A DNA stretch of 64,000 bases from Camelus ferus (taxonomy: Eukaryota), in contig NC_045697.1 in NCBI RefSeq assembly GCF_009834535.1, forward strand, positions 93,002,001 to 93,066,000, in the 5' to 3' direction. The first letter of the stretch is position 1, and each line of letters opens with the position of its first letter. Below, piece by piece: positions 1 to 12,312 of the stretch. A model generated the notes under the pieces. It saw nothing but the letters and a program-made list of their open reading frames with translations. It was not told the origin of the DNA and made no database searches. The position numbers and the translations under genes were made by a program.

Positions 1-733
1 TAAAATCAAAAAGCATGCTTCTCATAAATATTCATCATCTCATATTAAATGTTATAGAACATGTTATAAATTCACTGCTATAGAAAATAACTAGAAAATA
101 TTCTGAGACATCCTCCAATTAACATTCCAATTTGCAAGTAAGAGTAAAATGCACAGAATCACCATATAATACCTTTCATGAAATAAAAAGTCAATATTAA
201 AAAAAATATAGATGAGAGTCTGGAAAATTAGTTGTTTAATTTCAAAAACAAAGGCTGTCTAGAGGCCTGAGGAAATTTGTAGGAGACACGGGGCACTCCT
301 GACGATTACACTGAGAGACTTGTCTTTACCACACACCAAGTTTTGCAGGGTCTATTATACTGAGAATAAAATAGAGAGTTTTGTTATTTTGTTTTTAAAA
401 ATAATCTCTGATTTAACGTACACACACAGAAGCTCAAACCTTAAGAGCATGCTCTAACAAAGAACAACAGCAATACACTACTATGTTAAAGAGAGTACCC
501 TCAATTTGACAAAGCAGTTTGTGAGAGTCAGTGAATATCGCTGATGTAAATTATCTTCACTTGATATGCAAAATAACAAAGAACAAACCAAAAATTCTGA
601 TTGTTCATGGCTCACACTCCCGCTAACAGTAGTTTCTCGAACCAGGTAGAGTAACTCTTGGTACTAATATTTATGAAGAAAAAGCAGATAGAGTTAAAGA
701 TCACTTATTAAGTGAAAATATCCTGTTTTCTTA

Positions 734-1120
734 TGTTAAAAAACAAAACTCAGCTGAGTAAATCTGAGGATCTAATTGGCTTTATTCAAGGATACATGAA
801 TCAGGCGGTATCCCATGGAGCAGATAGAAAGGGTGCTCCAAAGAGCTGCAGAAAAAGAAAGGTTTTCAAAGGTAGAAAGGGGAAGGATGAAGGTCACAAA
901 CAAAAGAAACGATTGTTTCAGGCAAGACCACCTTCCTCTGGGGGATGCAAGAAATCTATCAGGACCTCACTAGTGCTGAACAGGAAATTCCAGGTTAACT
1001 AGTTAAGATCATATTATTGGGAAAGTTTGAACTGCAACTGGTGTAGGCATTAGGTCCTAGTTTGGTGACCTGGGCTTGGTACAAGTGTCTCCATTTTGGC
1101 CTCCTGTCTCTTTTTTAACC
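734..1120 (-). mobile_element. Solo ERV1-class LTR
   Basis: Begins TGTTAAAA and ends TTTTAACC (degenerate TG...CA). 4-bp TSD CTTA at 730-733 and 1121-1124. Poly(A) signal on the minus strand (TTTATT at ~781). Confidence 0.75.
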
Positions 1121-1271
1121 CTTACCGTCATCAGTTAACTAAATACGTGATAAAATAATGTCAAATGCACAGCACTGTAAATTAATTTCCGTGTGAATGA
1201 TCAAATAGTACTTAGTGAACAGTACAAAAAAGGAGACAGTATTCATCCTTTTGTCTAATTATTGTTGATGA

Positions 1272-1749
1272 TGTTGCTGCTAAACCGGCCTCTGTACCTT
1301 TAAAGATGGACTGAGATTTGGAGGCAGTTTTGGAAGGAAAATAACATCTTTATTGCTTTGCCAGGCAAACAGGAGTTGGCAGGCTAATGCCTTAGAGACT
1401 GTGACTCCATCCTGGGGTTGGGGTCTTGAGGTTTTATAGAAAAACAGAATGGAACAGAAAAGGAGTAAACAATCAGGGCATTTTGCAGGGTGCTGCTACA
1501 TTCCTCTTAACCTGGAATGTTTGTGGCGTCATGGGGGAACTGTGGAGGGTTGGTCCATCCTTCTAAGATTATTGGCCCATTACCTCCTTCCTAGAGCATA
1601 GCCTCTGGGTTAAAGAACGTAAGGGAAAAGTTTGGGGGCTATTTAGCACAAAAGCAGTAAAGGAGATAAAACAAACTGCAGGGTTTCTTAGAATCATCAA
1701 ACTGTTTGAGCACCAGGGAAGTCAGTTTAAACTGTTTCCTTCTCCTTCA
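1272..1749 (-). mobile_element. Solo ERV LTR (ERV1-like)
   Basis: Starts TGTTGCTG. Reverse-complement poly(A) signal (CTTTATT ~1348) and TATA (TTTTATA ~1432) lie in LTR order. GC-richer than flanks; right boundary approximate. Confidence 0.65.
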
Positions 1750-2391
1750 CGGATACTGTTGCTGAGGTAGTTCATTTATTTGACAAAAGTGGAGTTCATA
1801 GCAATTTGAAATGTATTTCAGTTGTATTCTAGGACTAATCATAAGGTAAAGATATAAAAATAGCTATACTTCTGTCATGTATCTATATCTATATATATAA
1901 CTAACACAATATGAAGTATTATATTTTTAAAGTGTATGTGTGAAAACAGATGATAGTTAGATAGATGGATAGATAATTCACTCTGTCCCTAAGAAAGTCA
2001 AGAAGGAAGGAATGAGATTCTTGCATCAATGAACACACTTTGGACCCACATATTGTTTGTTAAATACAATTTCACACTTAAAAGTAAGTGTCATTGCTCC
2101 CTATATCTGATTTTACCCATTCTTATTTTAATAAATACCATTTTTTCTGAACTCTGAGTTTATGTAAGAGTCAAATATTTGGATAACTTGAGCATTTCCA
2201 AATTAACATTTTCGTAACTGACCTGTTTCTTTCCCACAACGGACCTTTTCTCTCTATTTCAGTAAAATGCTCTTCCCACTCCGCCCACCTTTGGTTTTTT
2301 TTTTCATAACCCATTTTCAGGTTAACACAAATCCTTCAATGCATTCTCTAGTATACATTTGAACCAACCGATTTTTCCAATCTAAACTGGC

Positions 2392-2989
2392 TGTTGGGAG
2401 GCAGAGATACTGAATAACATCCTCCAAAGTGAGAAGGAATATAAGAAAAAATGAAAAATGAAGCGAGCAACTCCATAAAGTGCAACGAAAGTGGGAGGAA
2501 AGGGGGTAGGGCACAACCATTGAAGGAGTGACACAGCAACTGAGGACAGGACAGACTGGTCAGAACCAAGATGGCGGAAGATCTGACTTCTAGTAGACCT
2601 TGAGCCTCATGGCACACCCACAGGTGCGATGACAGTTATTACGCTTACCATAAAATGTCAAAAAGCGGGTAGTAGGGTGTTTCCTGGAAATCCTCACCCC
2701 TTCCTCAAACTAGTTGGAATAATCCTACTCATTGGCATACAAAATTACTGAGCCCATAAAACCTAACAGCTCCAGCACCTCGTGGCCGCTCTTGCTCTGG
2801 CTCTGTCACACTCACCTACACTCTGTGTATGGAGTGTATATCTCCGAAGCCTTTTTCCCTTCTGAGGGAGAAAGACACACTCTGTCTATAGAATACGTAT
2901 CTCTCTAAATAAACTTACTTTCACTTTACCATGCCTTGCTATTGAATTCTTTCCTGGGCGAGGCAAGAACCCTTCTGCCCCCGAACACA
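2392..2989 (+). mobile_element. MER41-like solo LTR (ERV1)
   Basis: MER41-type blocks: CAAGATGGCGG (2567-2577), TTCCTGGAAATCCTCACCCC...GAATAATCC, AATAAACTTACTTTCACTTTAC, TTGAATTCTTTCCTGGGCGAGGCAAGAACCC. Ends in CA. Confidence 0.8.
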
Positions 2990-3639
2990 ACTGTGAAGTT
3001 TACTGTAGGTAACTTCCATCTTACGTGGAGGCAGGAAGGATGGGGCATACTGAGGATCCGGGGGCATTCGCAGCTGCACAACACACTAGGGAAAGGGGCA
3101 GTGGGGGATTTAAAAGGGCCAAAGCTAAAAATAGAATCTGACAACTAAGGAGAATCATGTCCGCATGGAAGGGAACTGGGAGTTTTTCCTCCCCATGGCC
3201 ATCTCATGTCCATTAACCATCTATGTCAGCAAGAGGCATCCTTCCACTTTTCAAACCAGATGAAGACAGGAGTAAAAGTTGATAGTGAACTTATCTGGCT
3301 TGAGCACATGCCTTGTGAGTAGGCTAAAGCTCAGTCAGGTAGAAAGGGGAAGGAGGGGGACTGCTGGCCTGACGGAGCTGACAAAACAAAGCCAATGTGT
3401 TTCAGCCACACACTAGCCTTACCCTAAACATAACCAGCATTACTTCTGACCTAAACTACAATAGCTAACCAATTTCTCACCTCAGTTTCACTCTTATGAA
3501 TTCCTGTTTCATTTGGCACAAGCAGCCATGTGTGATGTTTAAGAATAAAGTTATTGTATTATTCCTACACTTTAAATCTTTTTGTATCTTTCCATTGTCC
3601 GTAGATTAAAATACAAAATCTTTGACTGGCAGTACAGCA

Positions 3640-4245
3640 AGTACACTGATTAAGAGAGCAGACTGGAGAGCCAGACTGACAGCTTTGAAGCCTGTATCTT
3701 CACCACTTCCCAGTTGTGTGGCCTTAAATCACTCAGCTGCTCAATGCCTAACTTTTCTCATTCATTAAATAAATGATGACTTTAATCAAATAGGCTGCTA
3801 GTTATTTCTCTAGGAACAATGGGTTTATTCGGGATCAGCAAAGAATTGTGTTTCAGAGTCTGTAACCATCACAAGCCATATGCAAATCCAGCGCAACAAG
3901 GAGAGGAGAACTCTCTTATAGTGGGGAAAAGGAAGTTGGGAGAGCGAGAGTAAACAAAGAGTCCACTGGAGGAACCGAGACTTCATAGTGGCTTTTCATT
4001 GGCTGACTTGTGATGGTCTTTCACTGGCTGAGTTCTGGCCAGGCAAGAAGAGGAAGTTCCTCTTGGGTTCTGCTATCATCTTAGGATGTGAAAGCTCCTC
4101 TTTCTGGCCTCCTGACTATAGTTTAATTGAGGTTTCTGCTTATTAATTATTACAGTACCTATTAGAATTATTTGTTTTAGAATTATTTGAAGATTAAAGA
4201 ATTAACATGTGTGAAGAGTTAGAGCGTTACCCAGCATATTGAAAT
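3640..4245 (+). mobile_element. MIR SINE split by an LTR insertion
   Basis: 5'/core part at 3640-3776 (GAGAGCAGACTGGAGAGCCAGACTG...TTTTCTCAT); resumes at ~4155 (GTACCTA...GAAGATTAAAGAATTAACATGTGTGAAGAGTTAGAGC). Confidence 0.65.
3777..4154 (-). mobile_element. Solo ERV LTR nested in MIR
   Basis: TG...CA bounded, minus-strand AATAAA (TTTATT ~3824), GC-richer block that interrupts the MIR. Confidence 0.6.
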
Positions 4246-4429
4246 GACAGCAGTAGTTACAATGGCCAGCACAATGTAAATAAGCAATGTATTTGTGCAG
4301 CATGAACAAAACAACTTCCCCAACCTCAAACTTTTAATTTACTTCAATCACTTTAGCTTCTTTCAAATACTTGGACCCTATCTTAATCTTTAACAACTTC
4401 TCACATGACACGCCTTCTTAAAGTGCTCT

Positions 4430-4785
4430 TCTTAAAGTGCTCTCTCCACTCCCCAGTGTCTACCTAACTCCTATTTAATGTTTTAATTCTGTAAATGTCA
4501 TTTCACAGGGAGGCTATTTTTGATTCCTCAACCTAAATATTAATTTCTAGATATGGTAATTTTTGTTGGAACAATTTTTCTTCAGAAGAATTGTCATAAT
4601 ATGTAACAATATACTCTTTTTCTACATATAACTGTTTATTTACATGATATCTATCTCCCACAGTGCTGTCTCACACTGGGACTATAAACTCTATAATAAT
4701 AGGAATACAGTAGCTTTTTTCTACAAAGACAACTTTGTGAATCCTAGCACAACATAAGCATTCAATATATTATTGTAGAATCAAC
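4430..4785 (+). mobile_element. L2 LINE 3' fragment
   Basis: Degenerate L2 tail motifs (TCTATCTCCCCA...GACTATAAACTC...CCTAGCACA...CATTCAATATAT). Confidence 0.5.
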
Positions 4786-7149
4786 AAGACAATCAAATGG
4801 TGAAGAGAACTGAAGAGAAATTACCCGGCTATAAGGGGAAAACTACAAAGGATTATAAATAATCATATAAAACTATGATGGAATTGGATATCATATAATA
4901 ATTTAAACATATAAATATTTAAGCATAAAATAAATAAAAAAACTTAATAAAAGATAAAAAATGTTTCAGATGTATAAAAGAAGTTTTGAACCTATAGATA
5001 CAAGAGACTACATGGTAAGATCTAAGGGACTCACTATGTAGCAGGGAAAATTGTTGAAAATGTAAAACCATGGAAACTTGTTTGAAATCTAATGATTCAT
5101 TTAAGATCAAGAATAAGGAAATTTTCTAACAAAAAAAAGACAAAATTCTACACATGTCTACAATGTTGGGAATTCATAACAACAATAATAAAAGTGGTAA
5201 GATATCTATATTAGACAATTTTAAACTGGAATAGAGTTTAAAAAAAAGGAAACAAGACTTTGTCTTTAGACTAAAAAGAAAAATTACAAAAAATTATTAT
5301 CCTATTATGACAACATATAATAAAAAGTAAATCATAGAAGTAAAAAAAACTAAATTTAAAAAATTATTACACTCAGATCTATTATATTTTATTACACTCA
5401 GATCAAATATATATACAAACTATATAAAAATATATTGTCAAAAGCAATAATAAGAACATTCGTAGTCAACACCAATCTGTACCATATAAAACTGCTCTCA
5501 TGGGAAAATATCCTAAGAGGGAATTTATAACATGGTTTCAGTATATGTGTGCATTTTGGGGTGCATATGTGCATGTATGTAAATGTGTTGCAAAACACTG
5601 CAGAAAATATATTAAGTTTTTACAGCAGTTATGACTGGGAATTACAATGTTGGGTAATCATATTACATATTAAGTATCAAATTGTAATCACCCTCTGAAT
5701 CATTTTAAGCGAGGTTTTTTTAATCTTAAAAGCAAACAGCTATTTTCATATTTTAAATGGATGGCAAAACAGTGAGATTCATACATATATTTTAAAGGCA
5801 TTTCCCAAATAAAATCAATTTGCTTTTTATAGACAACATCAAATCAACTGTCAGCAAAATCAGATAGAACTTTAAATTTTCCTTTTTCTTCCCATTTTAA
5901 GCCTGATAATAAATACTGTATGTTCACATGGGGTAAAGCCAAGCAACATTAAAACAAAAAAATAATGTCTCAAGGAAATTGAAAGAGTTGTTTTCTTTTT
6001 TTTTTTCTTTTTTTTTTTCATGTAGGCAAACCTCTGCATTCAAAATATCCACATGGAGTAAAATTAAGTTTCATTTTTATTATACTCATTAATTTAACTA
6101 TACTCATTAATATTTCTAATTAAAAATAATAGAAAATCCTGCAGCCACTGGGGAAACTTACTTGCTATTTTTAGATTATTGATAGTCTCGTAAAGATCAT
6201 TTGCTTTCATAGTATTTTAGAAAAACTTAAAAGAATGCAAAATTGTAGGACTTTTGAAAAAACATGTGCTTCATCATAGCTTTAACATGACACAGAAACT
6301 TTTAATTATGCAAGAGGTTTTCAAACTTTTTTCTTCAATATATTTGTGTTTGTGAATGTAGTATGTGTTGTGTGTAATGTAAATATACTGTAAATATATT
6401 TCAAGGTTCTCTGAATTTTTGAGTAGAGGGAGATCCAGAAACCCAACCTGCCTCTTGTTCTGTGTTACCTGAAGAAGGTGGAGTGCAGCTGGCCCATGAC
6501 CTGTTTAATATTACAAGTCTTCTACTATATAACAGACTTAGATCATAAGTGTACAAATAGTAATAAAATAAACACCAGATATTTTCAATTTCCAAAACTA
6601 AGATTAATCAATATTGAAGGCCTAAATCATTCAGTCTCTTCAGTAGTATCTAAAATTAGCAACTGCTCCAATTATTAATTCTAAGAGCATACCATTAATG
6701 ATTCATCAGACTCTGTTAGTATTTCTCCAAAATGTTGGAGTTCTTTAACACAACGTCCTTAGAATTTGGCAGGTATCTGACCTAGGTCTCCAATTACCTA
6801 TATATAGCCTTTTAAAGACCTTAACTGAGTTGTTTTGTGAGAAAATTAGGCATCTCTCCAATAATCCAAACTGCATAAATTGATTATACACATGATTAAA
6901 AACAAAAAAGAATTAACAGATTTACTTACTTCTACAATATTGTCCTCTCTTAAAGGTCTAGAGTTTTTCAAGGCTGTTAGATAAATACAGGAAATAGAGT
7001 ATTTTTGAGCATTTCTTCCTCCATGTTTTCCCTATCATTCACTAGCCAGCCCCGTTGGATCTAATTTTATCAACTCCAAAGGTTACACTCATTTCTTGTA
7101 ATTTGCCTCAAAGATTTTGGCCCTTCAGACCGAAGTTGGGTAAGTAGCT

Positions 7150-7400
7150 ACAACCTGGCTGGAAGACAATCCTGCTCACGGTGCAGCTACCACCACCAAT
7201 CAGATTATCAAATCAGCTCACTAAATCAGAGATCTTGCAGTGTCAAGCTTTACTAATAATTTCAAGGATTCAGCAATGAAGCAGCATAGATGAAGCAGAG
7301 AGAGGTCTGGGACACCCTATCTGGTTCTTTAGGTCCTTCCTTCTCACGTCAGACACAGGCTCCCTGTTCGAGACCAATAGTGACAGTTTCTAAGTAAGGT
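7150..7400. promoter_or_regulatory. Candidate promoter-like patch
   Basis: Non-repeat, GC-richer patch with CCAAT at 7196-7200 (ACCAATCAG) and 7374-7378, a CRE half-site ACGTCA at 7346-7351, and donor-like GTAAGG/GTCAGT at ~7393-7404. Confidence 0.25.
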
Positions 7401-7816
7401 CAGTGTGTCATCTCATGTGGTGGAGATCATTTAGGTTCATCTAACATCTCCATTTTATAGCACCAGTGTTACATTGCTTGCATTGCGTTTTCCAGAGTGT
7501 CATGTTATAAATCCACAGACAGTGGTTTGTGTCTTGTTAATAATACTGAACCTTAGACGTTATCCTGTGAGATTTCCAAAGATAAAAATTTCTGCCTAGC
7601 AAATATCAGTAGTCTATTTACTGGGTGATCCGATTATCAACAGTACTAGATTAGGTCAGCAGCTTTCTTTTCCCTGGGGTATCTCCTTTATAATCAGGAT
7701 AGAAATGGATCACAGCTCTGCTGCTTTAACTTCATTCTTCACTGGGTGAATTACTATGTTTAATTTTGGGGTGAAATAATTGTACCACATTTATTCACAC
7801 ATTTATGTAGCATTCT

Positions 7817-7830
7817 CCCCCCCCCCCCCC
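7817..7830 (+). repeat. poly(C) run of 14
   Basis: Seen directly. Confidence 0.9.
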
Positions 7831-8913
7831 AAAAAAAGCTTTACCAATATAAAAAATAACATTTTGACTTCCATCTATCTGACTCATTAGGCTATCTCTA
7901 ATATTTTTTCCACTATTTCATTTAATTCTGTTCATCTAAAAGAAAACTAATTTTCACATCCAGGAAAATTATTTCACTGATTTGTTTGATCTGGCCATTG
8001 CTTTTCATTATGATAATTGTTTTAGAGTCAATCAAAATCAAAATTACAGGTTTATGAAATATACTTTATGTATGTGCAGAATCAAAGCCTAATAAAATTC
8101 TGAGTTATACTGGCAAGTATATTTAAAGGTTTTTACAATTTCAAATATTTGACAATTTGTTTATATTCTATTTGCATTATCTGCAGAACATTAGCCATTT
8201 ACAAAACTATGTAACTGCTACATATTATCATTATCATGTTCACATGATGATTGATTGTTATTATAATAGTAATTGACTTTTATTCTTATTTTTCTATATG
8301 TGGATGAATTTATTTGCCTTTCTTGTATGTACAGATATCATTTATTATATAGTTTGGTGAAATTAATACCTTTCAGGCTTCATTTGGTTCTACAACTTAT
8401 TTGATGTTTCATCTTCTCCCAATGATAATCTGCAGTTTTCTAATTTCAGTTAGATACTGTTGTAATTGCAATACACAACTCATATTTAAATGTTAATAGA
8501 GTGAAATTGCTCACATCCATATTTTAAGAGGTTTAAATATGTGCAGCTCACATAGTCCAGGAAAAATGGAGTTTTTAAGAGATTAAAAAAATTAAGCCAA
8601 TCAGGATACTTCAACTGAAAAATTTAGTATAAACAAACAAATTAGTAATGGAAATGTTCAATCTTTATTTTTCTAGTGAATGTCAACTTGTGGTATAATA
8701 TGCTGCCTGTTTATATTGTATGCCAAGGAAATACCATAATCACCTGCTAGTTTATATATCTTTTTTTCCCATGTGTTATTTTTCATAAGTGTATAGAATG
8801 TCATCAAATATTGAAAAATAAAATATAATGCAATTTTAATTTGGTTTATTTGCCCTAAATTGTGTAACCTAGTGATATATTAATTGGATGACATCTAATT
8901 TCATAATTCCTAA

Positions 8914-9765
8914 TGTGGCTTTATGATTTAAAATAAAAAATAAATATTTGGTCTTCATCTGGCATCTGACAAAGAGTTTCTTTCTAAAACCTTTGGAATT
9001 TCCTAGTTGATAAGAGCAAAAAAGACATCTTAATAGTCATAACAAATTTCTTCAATCACATCTGAGTTGATATTAATAAGGTGATTTCTGAATTACACCA
9101 AAAGATGGGGCCTGGTTGACAGGGGAACCAGACTTATGATTAGAGAGTTGGAACTTTTAGTCCCACCTTCTGACCTCCAGGTAAAGGAGAGGAGTTGGAG
9201 GTTGAATCAGTTGTCCATGGCCAATGATTTGATCAGGTGTGCTTATGTAACGAAGCCTCCATAAACTCTCAGTAGCACAACGTTCAGAGAGCTTCTAGGT
9301 TGGGGAACACATGGACATTTGGGGAGAATGGCACACTTGGAGAGGCCATGGAAGCTCCTTTCCCCATAGCTTTCCTAATGCATCTCTTCCATCTGCTGTT
9401 CCTGAGTTGTATCCTTTTACCAGTAATCTAGTAAGTAAAATGTTTCTCTGAGTTTTGTGAACTACTCTAGCTAACTAATCAAACCTGACAAAGAATCTGT
9501 TGGAACTTCTAGTCTATAGCTGCTGGTCAGAAGCCCATTCTGGACTTGCAATTGGCATCTGAAGTTGATGGGTGGCAATCTCATAGGACTGGGCCCTTAG
9601 CCTGTGGGATCTGATGCTAGCTCCAGGTAGATAGTGTCAGAATTGGGCTGAATTGTAGGACACCCAGCTTCTGTCAGAGAATTGTTTGTTGCTGTGGAGA
9701 ACTCCCCACCCTGACCCCACCCCCTACCCCCACACTCACACTGGAATTGGTACTAAATAGTTTTA
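8914..9765 (+). mobile_element. MER21-family solo LTR (ERVL)
   Basis: Starts TGTGGCTTTATGATT...ATATTTGGTCTTCATC...CTAAAACCTTTGGAATTTCCT and contains GGATCTGATGCTAGCTCCAGGTAGATAGTGTCAGAATTG. 5-bp TSD CCTAA at 8909-8913 and 9766-9770. Confidence 0.85.
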
Positions 9766-9944
9766 CCTAAATAATGAAGCATTTTCCATTGTTACCCTAT
9801 AAAAATGTGCACCATGACATCTGAAAATATACTTTTCAATGTGTTAAATTATCATGTACCATATTATTCTTAATTATTTTTGACTAAAACAAAAAGGACA
9901 ATATTTGTTTTCATTTTGATCAACCTATCAATTGAAATAAAAAC

Positions 9945-10680
9945 TTTTCCATTATGATTCCTTTTATATTTTTTTCTTGGCTTTGGCTAGGACTTCCAGT
10001 ACTGTGTTGAAATAGAGTGGTTAGAGTGAGCACCTTTGTCTTGTTTCTGATCTTACAGAAAAGCTTTCAACCTTTCAACATTGGGCATAATGTTAGCTGT
10101 AGTCTTTTCACACGTAGCTTTTATTGTGTTGAGGTACTTTCCTTCTACATCTAATTTGTTGAGAGTTTTTATCATGAACAAGTATTTAATTTTGTCAAAT
10201 TATTTTTTGTATCCATTGAGATGATCAAATAATTTTCCTTTCATTCTACTGATGCATTACATTCATTTTTCTATATTGAACCATCCTTACATTCTAGAAA
10301 TAAATCCTACTTGGTCATGGTAAATGAACCTTTTAATGTGCGGCTGAACTTGGTTTGTTAGTATTTTATAGAACATTATTTCATCTAGTCATCAGGGATA
10401 CTGGCCTGTAGTTTTCTTTTCTGGTGGTGTTCTTTTCTGGCTTTGGTATTAGGGTAATGCAGACCTCGTAAGATGAGTTTGAAAGTTTTTCCTCCTCTTC
10501 AATTTTTGGGAAGAATTTGAGAAGGATTGCTTTAATTTTTCCTTAAATGTTTGGTAAGATTCACCATTGAGGGCATCCTGTGCTGGACTCTTCTTTGGGA
10601 AATTTTTGATTACTGATTCAATCTTACTAGTAATTGGTCTGTTCAGATTTTCTGTTTCTTTCTGATTCACTCTTAGTAGG
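9945..10680 (-). mobile_element. L1 ORF2 segment, inverted 5' part of a rearranged L1
   Basis: Minus-strand peptide NLLRVNQKETENLNRPITSKIESVIKNFPKKSP (ORF 10449-10685) and VLEVLA near 9990, both typical of L1 ORF2. Confidence 0.9.
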
Positions 10681-12312
10681 TTCATGGACTGGAAGAATTA
10701 ATATTGTTAAAATGTCCATATAAACCAAAGCTATCTATAGATTTAATGCAATTCCTATCAAGATTCTAAAATATTTTATACAAAAGTAGAAAAAAATCCT
10801 AAAATTTACAACAAAAAATAACTCAGACTGGATTAAAGACTTTCATGTAAAACCTGAAACCATAAAACTTCTAGAAGAAAACATAAGAAAAAGCTCCTTG
10901 ATATGATCTTGGCAATGATCTTTTAGATCTGACACCTAAAGCATAAGCAACTAAATAAAGCATGAACAGCTAAGACTCCATCAAACTACAAAGATTCTGC
11001 ATAGCAAAGGAGACAATCAACAAACGAAAAGCCAGCTTATGGAATGAAAAAAACATACTTACAAATCAAGTATCTGAAAAGGGATTAACATCCGAAAAAT
11101 AAAGGAAACTCATATAACTCAATAGTAAAAAACAAAACAAAACAAACAAAGACAAAATCAAAACCTACGAATAATACATTAAAAAAATGGGTGGAAGGAT
11201 CTGAAAGACAAGTTTTCAGAAAAGACCTACAAATGACCAACAGATAGACAATACAGTGCTTAACATCAATAATCATCAGGAAAATTGAAATTAAAACCAC
11301 AATATATCATCTCACACTTGTTAGGGAGTCTGTTATGAAAAAGACAACAGATAACAAATGCTGGAAGTGTGTACCCTTGTAGTACACTGTTTGTAGGAAT
11401 GTAAACAGGCCTAATCACTATGAAAAATGGTATGGAGGTTCTTCCAAAAATTAAAAAAATAGAACTATTATATAATCCAGCAATTCTATTTCTAGAAATT
11501 TGAAGAAAACAAAACAGTATGTTTAAGAGATATCTGTGTCCCCATGTTGATAGCAGCATTATTTACAATAGCCAAGACATAGAAACAACCTAAGTTGCCC
11601 TTGATGGACAAATGGATAAAGAAGTTGTAGATACAGATACAGAGACAGAGACAGAAACAGATATTACCCAGCCTTAAAAAAAGAGTTAATCCTGCTATTT
11701 GTGAAAACATGGATAGTCTGTGAGGGCACCATGCTAACTGAAATAAGTCAGATAAAGATGGATACTGTATGATCTCACTCCGATGTGAAATCTAAAACAA
11801 ATCAAAACAAAACAAAACAAAACAAAACAAAAAAAAAACTTATGAGAAAAGATACCAGATTTGTGGTAGCCAGATGCTGCAGTGAGATGGGGGAACTGAA
11901 TGAAGGTGGTCAAAATGTACACACTTCAATTTACAAAATAAATAAATACTTCAGATATGATTTACAACATGATGACAATAGTTCACACTTTATAATAAAT
12001 ATAAAAGTTATTATAATATATATAAAGGTTATTATATATTACTATTATAGAGAGAGAGAGAGAGAGACAGAGAGAAAGACAGAGAGAGAGAGAGAGAAAG
12101 TACCTACCTAAGAGTTCTCACCACAAGGGGAAATACATATATGTATATATATACATATATACACACACACACACATGTGATGATGAATGTTAATTAAACT
12201 TACTGTGGTAATCATTTCATAATATATGCAAGTCAAGTCAAATTGTTATTCTGTTTACCCTAAACTTATACAGTGCTATATGTCAATTTTATCACAATAA
12301 AGCCAGAGAAAA
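10681..12312 (+). mobile_element. L1 ORF2 C-terminal region plus 3' UTR (L1MA9-like/laurasiatherian type)
   Basis: Starts SWTGRINIVKMS...KAIYRFNAIPIKI; 3' UTR GAAGGTGGTCAAAATGTAC...; ends CACAATAAAGCCAGAGAAAAAA. Contains internal (AAAAC)n, (AG)n and (CA)n tracts. Confidence 0.9.
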
